64,000 nt of DNA from Mobula hypostoma (GCF_963921235.1 NC_086098.1:558001-622000); one strand, 5' to 3'. Shown: positions 25,203-39,201, numbered from the stretch's first letter. Made by a program: numbers and translations. Notes: a model not told the origin generated them from the letters alone.

Positions 25203-25802
25203 TGATAAATATGCAAAAATTATAGAAAAAATAGCAAACTTACAGGAGCTTGTTTGACCTTGTTGCAGTTAGCAGATGTGGAGGATGGAAAGGGAGTCCT
25301 CAGGAATATAGTTGACTATATGGTTCCTGATTTTATTGCTTTTTTATAAACATCTGACGGTGTTGACAAAAACTTGGGACACATTTTGAGCAACCATAAA
25401 ATATGTAAACAGAGTAAATATTGCTGAAAATTCACTGGTTTTAGTTTTAAAGAGGTTTTTCACTCTACTCTTTCATCTGGCATATATATTATACATTTTT
25501 AATGATTTTTTTTCACACCTTTTATCAAATAGAAATGATAATCTCTTGTCTGAGGACAACTGATTTTGTGGGTACTGGGCTATAAAATAATCATATAATT
25601 TATAAAATTAAAAACAAACATATGAAAAAATGTTGCATTTGTGCAAAAGACCCTCAGATGATCAACCCTGATTATTTTAAATAAGAAACTGTTATTCATT
25701 TTCAACTGAATTAGCACTTTTCTTAGTGGGACATGTTTTTGCCAAAGTCTCAAGAATCAGTGACAGGAAAATTTAGCCACAAATCCATTAATACCCTTGT
25801 CT

Positions 25803-28255
25803 AAATCATTGACAAACTTGGTAAAAAGCAGCGGTCCCAACACCGACCCCTGTGGAACTCCACTGGTAACCGGCAGCCAGCCAGAATAGGATCCCTTTAT
25901 TCCCACTCTGTTTTCTGCCGATCAGCCAATGTTCCACCCATGCTAGTAACTTCCCTGTAATTCCATGCGTGCTTATTTTGCTAAGCAGCCTCATGTGCGG
26001 CACCTTGTCAAGGGCCTTCTGAAAATCCAAGTACTACACATCTACAGCATCTCCTTTGTCTACCCTGTTTCTAATTTCCACAAAGAATTACAGTAGGTTT
26101 GTCAAGCAGAATTTTCTTTTCAAGTAACCATGCTGACTTTGGCCTATCTTGTCACGTGCCTCTAGGTATTCCATAATCTCATCCCGAGCAATTGATTCTA
26201 ACAATTTACCAACCACTGATATCAGGCTAACAGGTCTATAGTTTCCTTTCTGCTGCCTCCCACCCTTCTTAAATAGTGGAATAACACTTGCAATTTTCCA
26301 GTCCTTTGGTACAATGCCAGAATCTATTGATTCTTGAAAGATCATTGTTAATGCCTCTGCAATCTCTCCCGCTACTTACTTCAGAACCCAAAGGTGCATT
26401 CTATCAGGTCCAGGAGATTTATGCAGCCTCAGACTGTTAAGTTTCCTGAGCACTTTCTTAGTTGTAATTTTCACTGCACAATCTTCACTTCCCTGACACT
26501 CTTGAATCTGCAGTATTCTGCAGATGTCTTCCACTGTGAAGACTGATGCAAAATATGCATTCAATTCCTCTGCCATCTCAATGTCTCTCATTGCAATATC
26601 TCCAGCATCATTTCTATTGGTCCTATATCTACCCTTGACTCTCTTTTACCCTTTATATACTTAAAAAAGCTTTTAATATCTTCTTTGATATTGATCGCCA
26701 GCTTCCTCTTATAATTCATCTTTTCCCTCCTAATGACTTTCTTAGTTTCCTACTGTAAGTTTTTCAAGGCTTCCCAATCCTCTGTCTTCCCACTAGCTTT
26801 GGCTTCCTTGTATGCCCTCTCCTTTGCTTTTACTTTGGCTCTGACTTCACTTGTCAGCCACGGTAGTGGCCTTCTTCCCTTTGATAATTTCTTCTTATTT
26901 GGAATATATTTGTCGTACTTCCATCATTTTTCACAGAAACTCTAGCCATTGCTGCTCAGCTGTCCTTCCTGCAAATGTCCCTTTCTAGTCAACTTCGGCC
27001 AGTACCCCTCTCATGCCATTGTAATTTCCTTTATTCCACTGAAATAGTGACACATTGGATTTTATTTTCTCCCTCTCAAATTTCAATATGAACTTGATCA
27101 CCAGCAACTTTTATGAGTGTTGCATGAACTCGATCATATTGTGATCACTGTTTCCTAAGTTTCCTTAACCTTAAGCTCCCTTATCACCTCCAGATCATTG
27201 CACAACACCCTATCCAGAACAGCAAATCCCCTAGTGGGCTCCACAACCAGCTGTTCTAAAAAAAACATCCCTTAGACATTCTACAAATTCTCTCTTTTGA
27301 GGTCCAGTACTGGCCTGGTTTTCCCAATCGACTTTCATGTTAAAATCCCCAATGATTATCATGGCATTGCCTTTCTAACATGACTTTTCTCTCTCCCACT
27401 GTAATTTGTAATCCACATCCCGGCTGCTGTTTGGAGGCCTGTATACAACTGCCATTAGGGTCCTTTTACCCTTGCCACTTCTTGACTCAGCCCATCTAGC
27501 CCCTACACCTTCCAACTCTATGTCATCTCTTTCTAATGATTTCATATTATTTCCTATACACAGAGACACACCACCTCTCTGTCTACTAATTTATCCTTCC
27601 AATACACTGTGTATCCTTGGGCGTTCAGCTCCCAATGGCAGCCATCCTTTAGCCAAGTTTCAGAGATGGCCACAACTTTATACTTGCCAATCTGCAGCTG
27701 AATTTCAAGATCATCCATTTTATTCCTTATGCTGCGTGCATTGAAATACAACACTTTCAGTCCAATATTTGTTGCTTTCTGTTTTAACTGCACCATGCCT
27801 CCATTGCCCTATAACTCATGCCAGTGGCTATCATTAAGCCTCATCTCTTGCCTGTCCTTTCTATAATCTCTGTTGCACACTATGTTTGTTTTATTTCTGT
27901 TTTCCCCTTCCTCAGCCCTATCACTCCAGTTCCCATCCCCCTACCAAATTAGTTTAAAACCTCCCTAACAGCTCTATTAAATGTGCTCACTAGGATATTG
28001 GACCCGTTTGGGTTCAGGAGTAACCCACCTTTTTTGTACAGGTCGTATCTCTCCCAGAAGAGACAACAGTGATCCAGGATTCTGAAGCCCTGCCCCCTAC
28101 ACCAGTCTCTCAGCCACACATTAATATGCCTGATCATGCTATTCTTGCACTGGCTAGAACGTGGCACAGGCAGCAATCCTCAGATTACAACCCTAGAGGT
28201 CCTGCTTTTCAATTTCCTACCGAACTCCCTGAATTCTCTTTTCAGGACCTCCTCT
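25803..28255 (-). mobile_element. CR1 fragment from ORF1 C-terminus to RT
   Basis: ORF 27949..28176 ...VREVLN*; YFNARS; ORFs 25806..26591. Confidence 0.88.
27101..27123 (+). mobile_element. 23-bp PLE 3'-terminus micro-insertion
   Basis: CCAGCAACTTTTATGAGTGTTGC flanked by a 13-bp TSD ATGAACT(T/C)GATCA (27088-27100, 27124-27136). Confidence 0.8.
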
Positions 28256-28448
28256 AACCAGGAGCGGATGAGATATACTCCAGGCTGCTATGGGAGGTGA
28301 GGGAGGAGATTACTGAGCCTCTGGAAATGATCTTTGCATCATCAATGGGGACAGGAGTTCCAGATGTTGTTCCCTTATTGAAGAAAGGGAGTAGAGATAG
28401 CCCAGGAAATTATAGACCAGTGAGTCTTACTTCAGTGGTTGGTAAGTT

Positions 28449-29640
28449 CACAAGATCACAAGACAAAGGAGCAGAAGTAGGCCATTCGGCTCACCGAGTC
28501 TGCTCCGCAGCTCCCCCATGAGCTAAACTATTCACCCATCTAGTTCCAATTTCCGGCTTTTTCCCCATATCCCTTGATACCCTGACTAATTAGATACCTG
28601 TCAACCTCCTCCTTAAACACCCTTAATGATTGGGCCTCCACAGCCATATGTGGCAACGAATTCCACAAATCCACGACCCTCTGGCTAAAAAAATTTCTCC
28701 TCATCTCTGTTTTAACTGGGTACCCTCTAATTCTAAGACTATGGCCTCTTGTCCTGCACTCACCCACCAAGGGAAACAACCTTTCCACATCTACTCTGTC
28801 CAACCCTTTCAACATTCGAAATGTTTCTATGAGATCCCCTCTCATTCTTCTATACTCTAATGAATACAATCCAAGAGCCGACAGACGCTCCTCATATGTT
28901 AGCCCCTGCATTCCAGGAATCATCCCGTAAATCTTCTCTGAACTCTCTCCAACATCAGTATATCCTTTCTAAGATAGGGGGCCCAAAACTGCACACAGTA
29001 TTCCAAATGAGGTCTCACTAATGCCCCATAGAGCCTCATCAACACCTTACTCTTATACACTATTCCTCTTGAAATGAATGCCAACATAGCATTCGCTTTC
29101 CTTACCGCCAATCCAACTTGGTGGTTAACCTTTAGGGTATCCTGCATGAGGACCCCCAAGTCCCTTTGCACTTCCGATTTTTGAATTTTCTCCCCATCTA
29201 AATAATAATCTGCCCAATTATTTCTTCTTCCGAAATGTACAACCGTACATTTGTCAACGTTGTATCTCATCTGCCATTTCTTTGCTCACTCTCCTAAACT
29301 GAATAAGTCTCTCTGCAACCTTTCCATTTCTTCAACGTTTCCTGCTCCTCCACTATCTTGGTGTCATCCGCAAATTTGGCCACAAAACCATTTAATCCAT
29401 AATCCAAATCATCGATATACATCGTAAAAAGAAGCGGCCCCAACATCGACCTCTGCGGAACACTACTAGTAACTGGCAACCAATCAGAATAGGATCCCTT
29501 TATTCCCACCCTTTGCTTTCTGCCTATCAGCCAATGCTCCACCCATTTCAATATCTTTCCTATAATTCCATGGGCTCTCATCTTATTAAGCAGCCTCATA
29601 TGCGGCACTTTATCGAAGGCCTTTTGAAAATCCAAATACA
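28449..29640 (-). mobile_element. 5'-truncated CR1 LINE
   Basis: ORFs 28540..29641; (TCTTGTGA)n tail; the host rejoins GGTAAGT/TGATGG. Confidence 0.9.
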
Positions 29641-31829
29641 TGATGGAAAAGATCCTGAGAGGCAGGATTTATGAACATTTGGAGAGGTATAAATATGATT
29701 AGGAATAGTCAGCATGGTTTTGTCAAAAGCAGGTCATGCCTTACGAGCCTGATTGAATGTTTTGAGGATGTGACTAAACACATTGATGAAGATAGAGCAG
29801 TAGATGTAGTGTATATGGATTTCAGCAAGGCATTTGATAAGGAACCCCATGCCAGGCTTATTGAGAAAGTAAGGAGGCATGGGATCCAAGGGGACATGGC
29901 TTTGTGGATCCAGAACTGGCTTGCCCATAGAAGGCAAAGAGTGGTTGTAGATGCATCTTATTCTGCATGGAGGTCGGTGACCAGTGGCGTGCCTCAGGGA
30001 TCTGTTCTGGGATCCCTTCTCAGATTTTTATAAATGACCTCGATGAGGAAATGGAGGGATGTGTTAGTAAATTTCTTCCTTTTCAAATCTTTTTATTGTG
30101 TGTGTATATATGAAAAACAACAGAGTACATCGAAGTAACAACACTTAAAATGCCTCAAAAACCCATCATCTTAAAGATAAAAAAAATTTTGTGATAACAA
30201 AAAAAAAACCTACTGAGCAGAAAAGTGAGGAAAAAAAAAGAGAACCCATTAGGTGTACAACCCCGGAGCCATGCGTCATACAAAAGGCTTCTAAAAATAA
30301 ACATCAAACTGCCAGCAAGAAAAGAAAATATACTAAAAGAATTTACAATTAGATCGTGGAAAAATTATATCAATTAACTCAAATGATAACGAGCAAATGA
30401 GCCCCATCTTTCCTCAAAATCAAATAAAGGTTCATAAGGTTCGACTTCGAATTTTCTCCAAACTAAGACATAGCATCACTTGAGAGAACCATTGTGACAA
30501 AGTGGGAGCTGATGTATCCTTCCACTTCAACAAAATGGCCCTCCTAGCTATCAATGTAACAAATGCAATAACATGTTGGTCAGACACAGAAATACCATGA
30601 ATATTTTGAGGAACTATTCCAAAAAGCACAGTTAATTTATTAGGTTGTAAATTAATTTTAAGTGCTTTAGAAATTGTTGAGAAAACAGACTTCCAGAACT
30701 GTTCCAATATAGAATAAGACCATATAATAGTGTAGCCATCTCAGTTTTACGTCTATCACAATGACTATCAACATTAGGAAAGATTTTAGAAAGTCTCTCC
30801 TCTGTCAAATGATAACAATGTACACTTTAAAATTGAATCAATGAATGGCTAGCACAAACTGAAGAAGAGTTAACCAACTTCAATATCCGCATCCAATCCT
30901 CCGTCATAAAAGTCAAATTAAGTTCCTTTTCCCAATCCTGCTTAATCTTAGACAAAGGACGCTTTTCCCATTGTAATAATAAATTATAAATTCTTCCAAT
31001 AGAACCCTTAATCAAAGGATTCATACTCATAATAGTATCTAACAGGTCACCCTCCAATATGTAAGGGAAATTACTTAAATATTTTTGTAAAAAACGTCTA
31101 ACTTGAAGGTATTTCAGAAAGTGTGAGTATGAAAGAGAATATTTATCAGTTAATTGTTCAAAGGACATCAATCTATCTTTAAATAAATCCAAAAAAGAAT
31201 TAATACCTTTATTTTTCCAAATTAGAAAAATTGGATCACTCAAAGAAGGCTTAAAAAAGTAATTTCGGTAAATTAAACTACAAAGTTTAAATTTTTTAAG
31301 ATTGAAAGAATTGTGGAACTGGAGCCAAATTTGTAAAGAATACTTAATCACAGGATGTAAGTTTAAATTAACAACTTTACCTAATTGCATAGGTAAAGAA
31401 GCCCCCAATAACGAAATTAAATAAAGCTGTTTTACAACTTTTCGTTCCAGGTCTACCCAAATTGGCCGATCACTCTTATCAACCCAGTATAACCAAGAAG
31501 ACATATATCGCAGATTAACAGCCCAATAATACATTCTAAAATTAGGCAAAGCAAGACCTCCATCCTTTTTCAATTTTTGTAAATGACGTCTACTAATTCT
31601 TGGTCTTTTATTATTCCAAATAAAAGATAAAATAATAGAATCAATCCGATCAAAAAACTTGCGAGTCAAAAAAAACAGGAATATTCTGAAATAAATATAA
31701 AAATTTCAGTAGAATCATCATTTTAACTATATGAATATGACCAACAAGTGAAAATGTAAGTGGACTCCACCTACTAAATAAATGCTTCATAGAGTCCACT
31801 AAGGGAACAAAATTAGCTTTATAAAGATC

Positions 31830-32116
31830 TGTGGCGACCCACTTTCTAGCACCCACGAACCGGCTCATGACAGCGTGCGCAGGCAGAGGGCTGGCCCCAA
31901 AAAGGGCGCCAGGCCATCTTCACCAGCAGGGGGAAAATCCCGCGCGCGGAAAGGGTCTGGGAATATATGCATTCCCCACAGTAGTCCCGCCCAAGAAGGG
32001 CGGGAACGGGAAGACTTTAAAGCAGGCAGCGAAGTTTGAATAAATCTCTTTCATCGCAACTCCAACTCACCGACTCCGTGTGGTTATTCTAGCGCTGTGT
32101 GTAGCACACTGCTACA
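31830..32116 (+). repeat. 5' LTR (287 bp)
   Basis: TGTGGCG...GCTACA; AATAAA; direct repeat of 35881-36165. Confidence 0.95.
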
Positions 32117-32130
32117 TTTGGTGACCCCGA
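32117..32130 (+). promoter_or_regulatory. Primer binding site (tRNA-Trp type)
   Basis: TTTGGTGACCCCGA directly after the LTR; TGGTGACCCCGA(C) is the tRNA-Trp PBS known from avian retroviruses. Confidence 0.8.
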
Positions 32131-32217
32131 AGGGTCTCGGCCTGAAACGTCGACTGCGCCTCTTCCTATAGATGCTGCCTGGCCTGCTGCGTTCACCAGC
32201 AACTTTGATGTGTGTTG
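32128..32217 (+). mobile_element. PLE hammerhead-module fragment inserted at the PBS
   Basis: CGAAGGGTCTCGGCCTGAAACGTCGACTG...CAACTTTGATGTGTGTTG is near-identical to the reverse complement of 22246-22331. Confidence 0.85.
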
Positions 32218-32229
32218 TTTGGGCCAGAG

Positions 32230-35200
32230 ATGACCGACGCCGCATCTGTTCACGCAGTTTCGTTACAACTGCCAAGCTTTTGGCCGCTGAGATACCGTCT
32301 GTGGTTGGAACAGGCAGAAGCACAATTCCACATTTGGCAGATAACCTCGGAGTCCACTTGCTACTACTACGTGCTGAGCTCTCTCGACTGCTGCACAAGT
32401 TGTGGAGTTTATACAGTCGCCCCCGGAGAACGGCAAATACACAGCATTCAAAGCCCTGCTCATAAGGACTTTCGGACTCTCACGGCGCGAACGAGCACGC
32501 CGCTTAATGCACCTGGATGGTTTGGGAGACAGGCCGCCATCAGCATTAATGAACGAAATGCTGGTCCTGGCTGAAGGACACAAACCCTGCCTCATGTTTG
32601 AGCAGGCGTTCCTAGAGCAACTGCCCGAGGACATACGCCTGCTGCTGTCCGACACAGATTTCAGTGACCCCCGGGAGGTGGCAGCCCGAGCAGATGTGTT
32701 GTGGAATGCCAAGAAGGAGAGAGGGACATCTGTCGCACCAAGCTGCGTGCCCAACAACAGAACCGCCGCTGTAGACCACCCTGCAGATTCCCAGGAAACG
32801 CCAAGTCCCAGCCGCCGCCGATCACTACGGCGGCTGGCCATCAGGACAGCCTCCTGTATGTCTGGGACAAGCAGTCGGGACGCTGATTTTTGGTCGACAC
32901 CGGAGCGGAGATCAGCGTTTTACCTCCAACAAGTTATGACACCCGCAACAGAAAACCGGGACCCACCCTGAGGCCCGCTAATGGCAGCACAATACGAACC
33001 TACGGTACCCGCACGGTGCGGCTACAGTTCAGCTCCAGCCGGTTCACGTGGGACTTCACACTGGCCGCCGTGGCCCAACCACTCCTGGGGGCGGATTTTC
33101 TGCGAGCCCACAGCCTGCTGGTCGACCTACAAGGGAAACGACTAGTCCACGCCAAGACTTTTCAAACGTTCTCCCTGGGTGAAGTGAAGTTGCCAGCCCC
33201 ACACCTGGACTCCATCACGCTGTCCAACGATGAATTCACCAGGGTCCTGGTGGATTTCCCATCAGTACTGACACCGCAGTTCACGGCAGCCATGCCCAGA
33301 CACGGAGTGCAGCACCACATCCCGACCCAGGTACCACCCCTCCACGCCCGTGCTCGAAGGCTTCCCCCGGACAAGCTCCGACTGGAGAAGGAGGAGGTCA
33401 AGAAGATGGAGGAATTGGGGATCATACGACGGTCCGACAGCCCATGGGCCTCCCCCCTGCACATGATGCCCAAGGTAACGGGGGGGCTGGAGACCATGCG
33501 GTGACTACCGCAGACTGAATGAGGCTACAACACCAGACCGCTACCCTGTTCCGCACATTCAAGACTTTGCAGCAAACCTACACAGCGCAAGGATCTTTTC
33601 CAAGGTAAACCTCGTCCAGGGATACCATCAAATCCCGGTACATCCAGACGACATCCCCAAAACAGCACTCATCACCCTGTTCAGACTTTTCGAATTCCTC
33701 CGAATGCCGTTTGGTCTAAAGAATGCCGCACAGACTTTCCAGCGGCTAATGGACGCGGTGGGACACGACCTGGACTTTGCATTCATCTATTTGGACGACA
33801 CCCTCATAGCCAGCAGTAGTCGGCAGGAGCATCTGTCCCACCTCCGCCAGCTCTACTCCCGCCTGAGCGAATTCGGCCTTACAATCAACCCAGCCAAATG
33901 CCAGTTCGGACTCAATACCATCGACTTCCTGGGCCACAGGATTACTAAAGACGGGGCAACCCCGCTACCCGCCAAGGTAGACGTAGTTCGCAACTTCCCC
34001 CGACCCAACACAATCAAAGGCTTGCAGGAATTCGTGGGTATGGTGAATTTCTACCACCGTTTCCTCCCCTCAGCAGCCCGAACCATGCGCCCCCTATTCA
34101 CTCTAATGTCGGGTAAGGGCAAGGACATTATCTGAGATGAAGGGGCTGCAGCCACTTTCGTTAAAACCAAAGAAGCCTTGACAAACGCCGCGATGCTAGT
34201 GCACCCCAGTACGGACGTTCCTACTGCCCTCACTGTGGACGCATCCAACACAGCAGTCGGTGGAGTGCTGGAACAACTCATTGAGGGTCGATGGCAACCC
34301 CTGGCATTCTTCGGCAAACACCTACGACCACCTGAACTCAAATACAGTTCTTTCGACCGGGAGCTATTGGCACTATACCTGGCAATCCGGCATTTCAGGT
34401 ATTTAGAAGGTAGGCCCTTCACCGCGTTCACAGACCACAAACCGCTTACCTTTGCGTTCATGAAGGTGTCCGACCCCTGGTCGTCCTGCCAGCAGCGACA
34501 TCTGTCCTACATCTCCGAGTACACGATGGACATCTGGCATGTCTCTGGAAAGGACAACTTAGTGGCGGACGCACTATCCAGACCTACCATACAGGCCCTG
34601 TCCCAGGGGGTGGACTATGCAGCGCTGGCAGAGGCACAGCAGGCAGACACTGAGATCCCCAGTTGCAGGACTGCAGTCTCCGGTTTACAGCTCCAAGACC
34701 TCCCCATAGGTCCAGGTGAGAGGACCCTACTATGTGACGTAGCTACCGGCCAACCCCGCCCCGTCGTCCCAGCAGCCTGGCGCCGGCGGCTTTTCGAATC
34801 CGTTCACAACTTAGCGCACCCCTCCATCAGGGCAACCGTCCGGCTGGTCTCCAACAGGTTCGTGTGGCATGGGCTTCATAAACAGGTCAGTGAATGAGCC
34901 AAAACGTGCATGCAGTGCCAAACGGCCAAGGTGCAGCGGCACACCAAGGCTCCGCCGCAGCAGTTCGAACCCACCCGCCGGAGGTTCGACCACATTCATG
35001 TGGATATCGTGGGGCCCCTGCCAGTGTCGCGAGGAGCGCGGTACCTCCTAACTATGATGACCGCTTCACCAGATGACCAGAGGCAGTCCCGCTCACCGAC
35101 ACCACCTCCGAATCCTGCGCCCGAGCACGGATCGCAACCTGGGTAGCACGCTTTGGGGTACCGGCCCACATTACCTCCGACAGGGGAGCCCAGTTCACCT

Positions 35201-35880
35201 CCAGACTGTGGTCGGCTATGGCCAGCCTTTTAGGATCGCAGCTACACCACACAACTGCCTACCACCCACAGTCGAACGGACTAGTGGAGCGTTTCCACCG
35301 TCACCTGAAGTTGGCTCTCATGGCCCGCCTGGAGGGGCCTAACTGGGTGGACGAGCTTCCCTGGGTCCTGCTCGGAATCCGCACGGCGCCCAAGGAAGAT
35401 CTGCACACCTCGTCGGCCCAGTTGGTGTACGGCGCACCCCTGGTCGTCCCAGGAGAGTTCATACCAGCCCCAAGGGGGCAAGAGGAAGAACCCGCAGCAG
35501 TCCTGGACAGACTACGCGAGAGGCTCAGTAACCTGGCCCCCATCCCCACTTCACAGCACGGACAGAGCCCGACCTGCGTACCCAAAGACCTGCAGAACTG
35601 TAAGTTTCTTTTTGTACGACGGGGCGGACACTGGACACCGCTACAGCGGCCCTACGAGTGGCTGTTTAAGGTGATCAGGAACAATGGGTCCACGTTCGTG
35701 CTGGACATTGGGGGGAGAGAGGAGGTTTTCACGGTGGACCGACTCAAACCGGCCCATGTGGACTTGGCGCAGCCGGTCCAGGCTCAGGCACCACGGTGCA
35801 GGGGCAGACCTCGCAAACAGAGGCCGATCCAGACAATGGACATTGGGGGAGGTATCGCCGGTTCTGGGGGGGGGTGGTTA
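32230..35880 (+). pseudogene. gag-pol polyprotein with stops and frameshifts
   Basis: VSLQLPSFW..EQAEAQF (gag), FLVDTGA (protease), WASPLH, MPFGLKNA and YLDD (RT), VDAS, DRELLA and TDHKPL (RNase H), H..H..C..C, VDIVGP, SDRG and VERFH (integrase); G-rich PPT at ~35866-35880. Confidence 0.92.
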
Positions 35881-36165
35881 TGTGGCGACCCACTTTCTAG
35901 CACCCACGAACCGGCTCACAACGGCGCGCGCAAGCAGAGGGCCGGCCCCAAAAAGGGCGCCAGGCCATCTTCAGCAGCAGGGGGAAAACCCCGCGAGCGG
36001 AAAGGGTCTGGGAATATGCATTCCCCACAGCAGTCCCGCCCAAGGAGGGCGGGAACGGGAAGGCTTTAAAGCAGGCCGTGGACCTTGAATAAATCTCTTT
36101 CATCGCAACTCCAACTCACTGACTCCGTGTGGTTATTCTAGCACTGTGTGTAGCACATCGCTACA
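35881..36165 (+). repeat. 3' LTR (285 bp)
   Basis: Direct repeat of the 5' LTR with roughly 20 differences counted by eye. Confidence 0.95.
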
Positions 36166-39100
36166 GATCCTTATATTTTTTAGTAGTTACAATACCTAAA
36201 TATCTAAAAGAGTCTGAAACTTTAAAAGGAGTATTATCATATATAGAAACAGAATCATTTAAAGGAAATAATTCACTTTTACTAAAATTAATTTTATATC
36301 CTGAAAAACCTCCGAATTCATTAAATAATTTTAACAGGGCAGGAATGGATTCATCAGGGTTAGATTATAAACCAATAAATCATCAGCATAAAGAGAGACC
36401 TTATGTATGGTCTCATTCACAAATATCCCATGGATATTTTTAGCCTCATGAAGAGCAATAGCAAGGGGTTCTAATATTAAATTAAACAACAAAGGACTTA
36501 ATGGACAGCCTTGCCTTGTTCCCCGTGAAAGCTGAAAAAAAGGAGACCTACAATTGTTAGTAACAATAGGGGCTATATATATCATTTTAATCCAATTATT
36601 AAAATTAACACCAAAGCCAAATTTCTCCAAAACATTGAATAAATATTTCCATTCGACTCGGTCGAACACTTTTTCAGCATCCAAAGATACAACACATTGT
36701 GGAATTTTAGAAGAGGATGAATATATAATATTAAGTAGTCTCCGAACATTTGAAAAGGAATAACGACCCTTTATAAAGCCTGTTTGATATTTACAAATAA
36801 TTTTACCCAAAATATTCTCCAACCGATTGGCCATTATCTTTGACAAAATCTTAGCGTCAACATTCAGTAATGAAATAGGTCTATATGAAGCACAGTCAGT
36901 AGGATCTTTATCTTTTTTAAGAATTAAAGAAATAGAGGCCTCATAAAAAAGTAGAGGGTAAGTCACCTTTCACAAAAGAATCCTTAAACATGTCCAACAT
37001 ATACGGAGAGAGCAACTTTCCAAATTTTTCATAAACTTCTACGGGATAGCCATCAAGTCCTGGGGACTTACCAGATTGCAATGAAAAAATAGTTTTATGA
37101 ATTTCGGCTTCAGTAATTTGAGCATCGAGAATCTTTTGATCCTCAGCCGAGATTTTAGGAAAAACAATCTTTCGTAAAAAAGCACTCATTTTAGAGGAAT
37201 CTAATGGACATTGAGATTTACAAAGCACAGCATAAAAGTCTTGAAAAATCTTATTAATTTCCTCATATTCCTTAGCTAAGGTACCATCTTTCCTACGAAT
37301 TTTCATAATTTGCCATTTGGCTGCTGCCATTTTTAATTGAGATGCAAGCAGTTTATTATTTTTGTCTCCAAACATATAAAATTGGCTCTTTAACTTAAGC
37401 AAATAACCTTCAATGGGATGAGTTAATAACAGGTTATATTGTGATTGAAGTTCCACCCTTTGTTTAAATAAATCAGTATTGGGGGAAATTGCATAAATAT
37501 TATCTAAATCTTTAATTTGTTTTGAAATTCTATCTAATTCTGCTTTAGTTTGTTTTTTAAGTTTAGCTGAATAAGAAATAATCTGACTGTGTAAAAATGC
37601 TTTAAATGTATCCTATATAACTAATTTAGACATACCCCCTATATCATTAAAAAGAAAAAAATCCTTTATCTGGGTTTCAATAAAACTGACAAAGTCAGAG
37701 TTTTGCAATAATGTCTGAGACATGCACCAAGGTGGGTGGGCAAGAGTGACATCATCAAATTCAAAAGACAAACTCAGAGGTGCATGATCAGATATAGCAA
37801 CAGCGTCATATTCGCAGGTTTTAACACTAGGCAAGAAGCGGGGATCGATTATAATATAATCGATCCTCGAATATTTTTTATAAACGTGTGAGAAGAAAGA
37901 ATATTCTCTATTGTTGGGATGAAGATACCTCCACAAATCAACCCAAAATCAATCAAAAAGGAATTACTAAATGACGCGGATTTATTTGGAAGTCGCTGAT
38001 TGATTGAGCTCTTATCAATCATAGGATTTAAACAACAATTAAAATCCCCACCCATTATGAGCATATATTCATTTAAGTCAGGCAGTAAAGCGAATACCTT
38101 TTTAAAAAAAGAAGGATCATCTAAGTTAGGACCATACAAATTAACCTAAACAACTTTTCTATTACAGATTGTACCTTTAACAATTAAAAATCTACCATTA
38201 GAATCTGATTCAATATCCTCTTGAATAAATATATTAGGTTTAATGAAAATAGACACGCCTTTTGTTTTACTCTGAGAAGTGGAGTGGAATTGCAAACCAT
38301 TCCACCATCTAAAAAATCTATTCTGATCTCCCGCCCTGATATGTGGCTCTTGAGCAAAAAATATATCAGGTTGGAATCGGTTAATAATTTTAAAAGTCTT
38401 CTTTCGTTTAATAGGATGATTCCAACCACGTACATTCCAACTTATTATATTAATCCGTTTGAACAGCATACTATAATTTCATTCTACTTTATACATGCAC
38501 AAAGCACATACCAATGCAGGATGATCAAAGATGGCGGCGATGAAGAATACAACCAAATAGAAAACACGCATGCTCCGGAACCACCCAATGGGAAAAAACT
38601 AACTCTAAACCCACCCACCCACACCCGGGAACCCGAAAAAGGCAAGTGATCTACGATAGAATTCAAAGCTGCTGACTGCTCTGTCTGTGTTTTCTTTCCC
38701 TCCCCCCAGTTAGTAAAAAAGTAGAGTGACCTTGTTAAAAAGACAATAAAGTCTCAGGAAAAAAAGGTATTTACATTCCATCGACTAATAAACAAGAAAG
38801 AACCAAAATAATATTATCTCTTAGAGAGAAGAACCAGCACCATGTTTAAGTTTAATATTAATTCCCTAAAAAAGCTTTAAATTCTTATAAAATGTTATAA
38901 TAGAACAGAAAAATTTATAAAAAGCCCTTTTAGTAGGAAAAACTGCAAAATAGCTACAAAGTATTAAATTAAAGGAACAAATCGCCTTATCTTCTTCCCT
39001 CAGTCATAAAATGTCCAGAGATCATTTGAGCAGAGATACTTAAACCGTAAATCTTTCCAAAGGAAAACCAATAATATGCAATAAAAAACAACTCCCCCTG

Positions 39101-39201
39101 TTCTTTAACTAGTCTGTCAATGAAATATACAAGTGACCTTCATAAATCTTCTTTCCAAAATGCGAATAATATAGAAATAGCCAAACAGCCTTTCAGATGG
39201 A

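Larger units (their letters stand above)
31830..36165 (+). mobile_element. Complete Gypsy/Ty3 LTR retrotransposon (CsRn1-like)
   Basis: Two LTRs, GATC TSD (31826-31829, 36166-36169), PBS, PPT, gag-PR-RT-RH-IN order. Confidence 0.95.
30432..38469 (-). pseudogene. L1 ORF2 (APE endonuclease, RT, C-terminal Cys region), frameshifted
   Basis: ISWNVRG, GGDFN, SRIDY, ISDH, YRPISLLNVDAKIL, GTRQGCPLSPLLF, LYADD, GGLALPNF. Confidence 0.9.

Noticed and set aside
25245..25350. Possible terminal exon (LADVEDGKGVLRNIVDYMVPDFIAFL*)
   Set aside because: Weak acceptor and no recognisable protein; unsupported without expression data.
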